Source: an uncultured Chloroflexia bacterium (GTDB taxonomy: Bacteria; Chloroflexota; Limnocylindria; Limnocylindrales; CSP1-4). From it: a stretch of 64,000 bases of DNA. The position numbers and the translations under genes were made by a program. The notes under the pieces were generated by a model. That model was not told the origin of the DNA. It ran no database searches and saw nothing but the letters and a program-made list of their open reading frames with translations. The DNA lies in the NCBI GenBank assembly GCA_963766735.1, contig CAVYBU010000008.1, forward strand, positions 96,001 through 160,000, in the 5' to 3' direction. Below, piece after piece: positions 58,458-64,000 of the stretch. Positions within the stretch are counted from its first letter, which is position 1. Each line of letters opens with the position of its first letter.

Positions 58458-59673
58458 TTACGGAAGGTACGGGTTCGGGGTCGGTCCGACGAAGTCGCCG
58501 ACCACCATCGTCCCCGTGGGATCGTGACAAGCCTGGCACGTGCCGCGGTTGTCGATCTTCAGGAGGCGAGAGTCGCCCACCGGGGCAGCCGCGCCGCCCG
58601 GGAAGTCCATGTTGGCGGAGTTGTAGCCCGTCATCTGGGCGTTGGAACCGTGCGACACGTGGCACGTGATGCAGTTCCGGGTGGGGTTGAGGGACGTGTG
58701 CCGATACTTGAAGATCGCATCGGCTTCCTCCACATCCCACCCCTGGCTCAGGTAGCGGGAGTGGCACGTGGTGCACCAGTTGGCGATCTCCGTGGTGAAC
58801 GTCGAGGGCATGCCGTTGGGCGCGTCGTTGGACCCGCCGCTCGCGGCATCCCACGGGACGTAGCGCCGGAAGTAGTCACCAGCCGTTGATGACAGGCCGA
58901 GCCCAACAACCTGGCTCGCGTAGAGCGTTCCGGTGCCGCCGGCGGTCTGGATGATGGTGAAGTTGCGCGAGTCGTCGTTCCGGGAGCGGCGCGTCCTGGA
59001 CGACCACTCCTGCAGCCGCAGGCACAAATGCATCGGTGCCGATGGCGACCGGTGCGGGGATGGGGTTGAGGATTCGGTAGTTGCCGTTGCCGTGCGGGTT
59101 GTGGCAGGTGCCACATTCCATCTCGACTTCGGGTCCCGCGTACGCGGCGAGGTCGTTGGGGCCGTTGCCCCAGGCGACGCCGTCGGCCGGTCCCACCACG
59201 CCTGCCACGTTGGGCAGGTGGGCGGAGGTCACCGGCTGCGATCCGGCGGTCCGGACCGGCACCTTGGCTCGCTGGGAGACGTTTGACGTGCCTCTCGGAA
59301 CCGAGAGACGCGCAGCCTCACCCGACCCAATGCGGGCATTGACGAAGCCGCCACCTCGGAGATAGCCAAGAACGACGGAGCCACGGTATGTCGTGGTCCC
59401 GACGCGGTACTGGATGCCGCTCTCGACATCGATCTTGGAACCGAGGCCGGTGGCCCCGTGGCAGGACAGGCAGAGCGCAGTCCCCTCTTCGACGAGGAGG
59501 AACATGCCCTGCGCCGTGTGGGCGCGGTGGCAGCCAGCGCAGTTATCGGAGTTGATCCCGTTTACGCCGCTGTTGTTCGCAGCCACATGTGGTCCACTGT
59601 CTGCGAAGACGGGGACCGCGGCAAGGAACAGCCAAAGACTTCCGGCTGCAATCAGCAACATCAGCCTTCTCAA
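58458..59673 (-). CDS. Secreted hexaheme cytochrome c, OmcS-like (frameshift near 58980)
   Basis: TTG start after AAGGAGGTGA; signal peptide; CAGCH, CLSCH, CGTCH in ORF 58876..59790 and CTTCH, CITCH, CQACH in ORF 58458..59114; about 404 aa when joined. Confidence 0.88.
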
Positions 59674-59777
59674 ACTGTCCTCACCTCCTTTCTCTGTGCT
59701 ACGTGGGCTTGACATTGGCCGCCACGATTGGCGGCGGCGCAGAACTCCGGTATCCACCTCCCTTTGCTGGTTCGGGT

Positions 59778-60848
59778 TCAGTAGCTCCACAACTGCACAC
59801 GGTTGTTGGCGGAGTCGGCGATGTACAGCCGGCCTCGTGCATCGACCGTGATGCCGTTGGGGTAGGCGAAGGCTCCGTCGCCCGAGCCCTGGCTCCCGAA
59901 GCTGCCCAGGTACTCGAGTCGCGACGACCCTTCTTGGTAGCGTCCGAAGACGAAGACGGTGTGACCGGTCGAGTCAGCGACGTAGACCCGACCCTGTCCG
60001 TCCAGGGCCACCCCTCGCGGCAGGCCAAGGTTCCCCTCGCCGGCTCCCCGTCCAACACGGGCGACGATGGCCCCATCCTGACCGTAGACCAGCAGGCGGC
60101 CGTTGTTGCTGTCGGTCACGTACGCGTAGCCGGCATCGTCGATGGCCACGCCGTTGGGAAAGTCGAGGTCATCGTTCTCGCCGAAGATGCGGACCTGCGC
60201 GCCGGATGGATCGAACACCCGCACCCGGCCCGGGACGTCGCCGACGTCGGTGACGTACAGGTTGCCCGCCGCATCGAACGCGAGCCCCAGCGGCTGCCAG
60301 CCCGGGGCGTCCGCTGGCGGGGAAAACGCCCGCAGATAGGCGCCCTGGGTGTCGTAGATGTAGATCGATGCCGTCTGACGGTCCGAGACATAGATCTCGC
60401 CCGTGAGCGGGTTGAGCGCGAGGTAGGTCGGCACGTGGTCGGTGCCCGTGGAACTCGGCGGCAACATGGCCTGCACCTCGTTGCCACCGGTGTCGTAGAT
60501 GCCCGCCGTCTGGTCCCCGGCGGTCTCGCCGATGTAGATCCGCTCGCCGTCAGGCGTCACGGCGACGCTCATCGGACGTGAGGCGCCGTAGATCGACGTC
60601 GTGTACGTGGGCATGATCGTCTCGCCCGGGATCGTCGGGACGGGGATCGGCTGGCGGAACAGCAGGTACCAGATCGCGAGGCCGAGCAGCGCCAGGAAGG
60701 CCAGCAGCAGCATCAGCAGCAGCAGCAGCCGGCGGCGCCGGCGGTTGTCCTCCTCCTCGAGGACGTCCTCCGGAGGGGCCGTGTCGCCCGGTGATGCCGC
60801 CGCGCCTGTCGGGGGGATGGCATCCACGTCGTCGCCGGGAGCGGTCAT
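59778..60848 (-). CDS. Membrane-anchored NHL-repeat beta-propeller protein
   Basis: Repeated P.G.A.D..G..YV.D..N.R units; N-terminal TM. Confidence 0.92.
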   Translation of the reverse strand: MTAPGDDVDAIPPTGAAASPGDTAPPEDVLEEEDNRRRRRLLLLLMLLLAFLALLGLAIWYLLFRQPIPVPTIPGETIMPTYTTSIYGASRPMSVAVTPDGERIYIGETAGDQTAGIYDTGGNEVQAMLPPSSTGTDHVPTYLALNPLTGEIYVSDRQTASIYIYDTQGAYLRAFSPPADAPGWQPLGLAFDAAGNLYVTDVGDVPGRVRVFDPSGAQVRIFGENDDLDFPNGVAIDDAGYAYVTDSNNGRLLVYGQDGAIVARVGRGAGEGNLGLPRGVALDGQGRVYVADSTGHTVFVFGRYQEGSSRLEYLGSFGSQGSGDGAFAYPNGITVDARGRLYIADSANNRVQLWSY

Positions 60849-61906
60849 CAGTTGCTCCCTTCGGCGCTGGGTGACGGCATGACATCCGGGTGAGCCTGTG
60901 TGCCGTCACTCACGCGGCTCAGCCCGAGCTGCGCGGCCTGGCTCTCGGCGTCCAGCTCGAGGGCCTTCCGGTACCAGACCGCGGCCGTTGCCGGGTCGCC
61001 GCTCGCCTCGGCCAGCAGCCCCAGCCCGATCCGGGCATCGACCCCAGCATCACCGTCCGCGATGGCCTCGAGGCGGGCAACCGAGTCGGCCGGGGCGGAG
61101 GACTCACCGGCCGCGAGTACCGCCATCGCGGTGGCCATGGCGTCCGCCCACTCGGCCTCCCCCGCGTCGCCCGTCGCCGTGTAGGCGTCGGCCAGCGACC
61201 GGTACGGATCCGGCCAGCGCGTGGGCACGAACAGGATGGCCTTCCGCAGGGGTTCGAACGCCTCCTCCGGCTTGCCGGCCTTCACGTACGCGGCGCCGAG
61301 AAGGTTCATCGCGTCCGCGTCGGTGCGCTTGATCGCCAGGGCCCTGAGGAGGTTGTCCACGGCGTCGTCCGGCCGGTCCTGCTGCAGCGCGATCTCGCCG
61401 AGCCCGTAGTAGGCGGTCTGAAGCATCGGGTCCACGTTGGCCTGCTCGGTGTCCCTGGCGATCTCGACGACCTTCGCGAAGTCGGCCGCCGCCGCGTCGG
61501 CGTCGCCGGTCTTCTGGAACGCGAGGCCGCGGCTGATGTAGGCGGCCTCGTCCCGCTTCCCGGTCCTGATGATCTCCGAGTACTGCGCAATCGCATCCTC
61601 GTACCGACCTGCCGTGAAGTACAGGTCTCCGAGCCGGCCCCGTGACGCGATGTCGGTTGGGTCCGTGCGGACAGCCTCCTCGACCACCGCCATCTCGCGG
61701 TTCACGATCGAGGGCGCCGGCGCGCGGAATCTGTCAACGGCGTAGAAGGCGACGAAGGCGACGATACCGACGAACAGCAGCAGCGCGAGCCGCTTGATCC
61801 AGCGGTTCAGCTGCGCCTCGGGCATCGAGGTCAGGGACGTGACCCGGGACATGAATGGCACCTGTACTCCTTGGCCGGCGGAATCAGGGAGACCGACCTG
61901 CGTCAA
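60848..61906 (-). CDS. Membrane-anchored TPR protein
   Basis: N-terminal TM plus several TPR units; start may be 61852 or 61825. Confidence 0.88.
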   Translation of the reverse strand: MTQVGLPDSAGQGVQVPFMSRVTSLTSMPEAQLNRWIKRLALLLFVGIVAFVAFYAVDRFRAPAPSIVNREMAVVEEAVRTDPTDIASRGRLGDLYFTAGRYEDAIAQYSEIIRTGKRDEAAYISRGLAFQKTGDADAAAADFAKVVEIARDTEQANVDPMLQTAYYGLGEIALQQDRPDDAVDNLLRALAIKRTDADAMNLLGAAYVKAGKPEEAFEPLRKAILFVPTRWPDPYRSLADAYTATGDAGEAEWADAMATAMAVLAAGESSAPADSVARLEAIADGDAGVDARIGLGLLAEASGDPATAAVWYRKALELDAESQAAQLGLSRVSDGTQAHPDVMPSPSAEGSN

Positions 61907-61933
61907 TCATCGCGCACGCGCCCCCCCAGTTGC

Positions 61934-61947
61934 ATCCGTCGGGGGAT
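61934..61947. promoter_or_regulatory. Candidate operator ATCCGTCGGGGGAT
   Basis: Quasi-palindrome with related copies at 63131, 55761, 63093 and 48646. Confidence 0.45.
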
Positions 61948-62081
61948 AGAACTGCGATACAGGGCGGTGCCGGGACGCACCGGGAAGCCTGTATCCTCCG
62001 GCCCTCCCATGGATCGCGCGCACGCGTGAGAGGGGCCGGATGGCCCGTGCACGGCCCCGGAGCGATCCGACAGCAGCGCCG

Positions 62082-62600
62082 TCAGGCCGGCAGCAATTCC
62101 TTGGGCGTGTCGAAGTTGCCGGGCACGTCCACCTCGATGACGTCGCCGGTGATCCGGATCGGGAACTGCCGGAGGGGCGTGGTGGGCTTGCCGGAGATCA
62201 CGCTTCCGTCCAGGGCGAACTGGCCGTCGTGGCAGTGGCAGGAGAACTGCCCGACGTCCGGGAGCCAGCCGTAGGAGCACAGCCCGTGGGTGCAGCGCGG
62301 GTCGTAGGCGATGATCTCCCCGGAGGACTTCTTCACCAGCCACACGGAGGCGGCCGTCGGCCTGCCGCCCAGGTCCACGGTGAACTCGACCTCCGTGGGG
62401 GTGCCCGGGACGAGGTCGTCCGGGTCGGTGTCCAGCTCCACGGGGACGGGCGGCCCGGCGCAGCCGGCGAGGATGCTGCCCAGGCTGCCCGCCGCCAGCG
62501 CGCCGACGCCGATGAGCAGCAGGACACGACGCCTTGGGACCGGCGTGGTGCGTGGATCGAAGGCCGGTGCGGTCTGCGGCCGGCGGAGGTCGTCGCCCAT
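62082..62600 (-). CDS. Second Rieske 2Fe-2S protein, probable Tat lipoprotein
   Basis: PRRRVLLL..ILAGC, CTHGLC, CHCHDGQF. Confidence 0.9.
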   Translation of the reverse strand: MGDDLRRPQTAPAFDPRTTPVPRRRVLLLIGVGALAAGSLGSILAGCAGPPVPVELDTDPDDLVPGTPTEVEFTVDLGGRPTAASVWLVKKSSGEIIAYDPRCTHGLCSYGWLPDVGQFSCHCHDGQFALDGSVISGKPTTPLRQFPIRITGDVIEVDVPGNFDTPKELLPA

Positions 62601-62613
62601 AACGGGCGACAGA

Positions 62614-63024
62614 CTAGCCCGGAATCGGCGAGGGCTGCAGGCTGGGGTCCGCGTCGGCGGCAGGTGCGGGCTTGCCGGCGGCACCGACCACCGCGCGGAT
62701 CGCGGCCAGGAAGTCGTCCGGGCGGGTGGACAGGGTCTCGCGGCGAAGGGTCCAGGCGCGGGTGGTGGTGATGTCCACGTCCAGCACCACGGGGCAGTCG
62801 GACCGGCGGACGACATCTGCGGCATCAACCGCGCCGCCCTCCTCCACCACGATCACGTCCGGGTCCAGGGCGATGGCGGCATCAACCGCCTCCGTGATGC
62901 CGATGTCCACGGCATCCACGGCCACCCCGGGCTCGGCGGCGAGCATCTTCAGCAGCCCCTCCCCCATCAGGGGATGGCTGTACAGGAGAAGCACGCGCAC
63001 CGGATCTGGCGACACGATGGGCAT
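62614..63024 (-). CDS. Degenerate stand-alone receiver-like protein
   Basis: VRVLLLYSHPLMGEGL..PDVIVVE resembles a NarL receiver without the canonical acidic residues. Confidence 0.6.
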   Translation of the reverse strand: MPIVSPDPVRVLLLYSHPLMGEGLLKMLAAEPGVAVDAVDIGITEAVDAAIALDPDVIVVEEGGAVDAADVVRRSDCPVVLDVDITTTRAWTLRRETLSTRPDDFLAAIRAVVGAAGKPAPAADADPSLQPSPIPG

Positions 63025-63174
63025 CCTCGAGCGCGCGGGTCGCTGACGTACGTCCCGTAATGGGATGCTAGGGGTACGGGGCGTTCAATCCAATCCGTCG
63101 CCCGGCACAACCTGCGCCGGGGCCGGATGTATCCGACGGGGGACGCCGGGGTGTGCCCGATCCGCCCTTCGAGG

Positions 63175-63867
63175 TCAATCCCGGTTCGGCTCCTGGTTCG
63201 CGTAGCCCTGCCGAACCGCGTAGGCGGCCGCCTGCACCCGGTTGGTGAGGTGGAGCTTCTCCAGGGCGTTGTGGACGTGGTTCTTGACCGTGCCCTCGGT
63301 GATCGTCAGCTCGTTGGCGATCTCCTTGTTGGACATCCCCGCGGCGACCAGCTGGAGGATCTCCGACTCGCGGCGGGTCAGGACGGTGGGCTGGGGTGCT
63401 GCCGCGGCCTGGCCGCGCGTGGGGATCCCGCCGGTGCGCAGGGCCTCCAGCAGCCGGGTGGCCACCGCGGGGGCGATGGGCGCCTCGCCGCGCATCACGC
63501 CGCGCATGTCCTCGAACAGCTGCTCTGGGCGGACGTTCTTGAGCAGGTAGCCGTTGGCGCCGGCCTTGATCGACTCGAACAGGTCGTCGTCGTCCTCGGA
63601 CACCGTGAGCATGACGATGGGCGTCTTGATCCCGGCAGCACGGATGGCCGCAACGCCGTCAACGCCCGAGGCGACAGGCATGTTCACGTCCATGATCACG
63701 AGATCGGGATGGAGCGCGCGGACCTTCTCCAGGGCGTCGCGACCGTTCTCACCCTCGCCCACGACCGTCATGTCGAACTGGGCGCTGATCAGGGTCGCGA
63801 GCGCCCTGCGGAACAGGGGCTGGTCATCGACGAGCAGCACCCGGAGCTTCGGAGGAAGGTGTTCCAC
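63175..63867 (-). CDS. NarL/FixJ family response regulator
   Basis: LLVDDQP, PDLVIMDVNMP, GANGYLLK, LTRRESEIL..SNKEIA..TVKNH. Confidence 0.95.
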   Translation of the reverse strand: MEHLPPKLRVLLVDDQPLFRRALATLISAQFDMTVVGEGENGRDALEKVRALHPDLVIMDVNMPVASGVDGVAAIRAAGIKTPIVMLTVSEDDDDLFESIKAGANGYLLKNVRPEQLFEDMRGVMRGEAPIAPAVATRLLEALRTGGIPTRGQAAAAPQPTVLTRRESEILQLVAAGMSNKEIANELTITEGTVKNHVHNALEKLHLTNRVQAAAYAVRQGYANQEPNRD

Positions 63868-64000
63868 GCATGTCCTCTGGGTCGAGCTGGACGACGATCG
63901 TCGTCCCGTGTTGCGGGGCAGTCTGCACATCGATGCTGCCACCGATCTGCTCGACCCGCTCGCGCATGGACTTCAGGCCGAAGCCGCCTTCCATGGAGCT
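63824..64000 (-). CDS. NarX/DesK-type histidine kinase, 3' end only
   Basis: Manual translation GGFGLKSMRERVEQIGGSIDVQTAPQHGTTIVV; stop at 63826-63824. Confidence 0.88.
   Translation of the reverse strand, partial: SSMEGGFGLKSMRERVEQIGGSIDVQTAPQHGTTIVVQLDPEDMRGTPSSEAPGAARR

Noticed and set aside
59674-59777. Possible cyclic-dinucleotide (GEMM) riboswitch upstream of the OmcS-like gene, as in Geobacter
   Set aside because: Only a short GCCGCCA/TGGCGGC hairpin is visible; I could not find the GEMM two-stem consensus. An Infernal search would settle it

Overview
High-GC bacterial chromosome window with no rRNA, tRNA, CRISPR array or mobile element that I can see. Gene content (CxxC-x17-CxxC zinc-ribbon protein, F420-type enzymes, System II cytochrome maturation, no outer-membrane genes) suggests a monoderm organism, possibly Chloroflexota; this is inference. 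The first 45 kb holds metabolic and housekeeping genes: an amino-sugar operon (two ROK proteins, GntR, UroD-family protein, nagA), a flavin oxidoreductase with AraC, pckG, an amidase, a stress/Fe-S module, a two-component system, osmC/mmuM, CtpA, a polyamine ABC transporter, tnaA, an MFS transporter, a lysA-like decarboxylase and fdhD. The main finding is a minus-strand redox cluster at 45.4-64 kb that looks like a complete extracellular electron transfer system. It encodes a hexaheme cytochrome with the motif order and His ligand pattern of the Geobacter OmcS nanowire subunit, a secreted octaheme with a Pro/Thr/Ser stalk, a decaheme NapC/NirT-like protein, a Rieske-cytochrome b-decaheme module, CcdA/ResA/ResB/ResC, TPR and NHL accessory proteins, a second Tat-lipoprotein Rieske and a NarL-type two-component system. 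Together these carry 34 c-heme motifs, and no porin is visible. Six genes, including the OmcS-like one, have single-base frameshifts that are probably sequencing indels.
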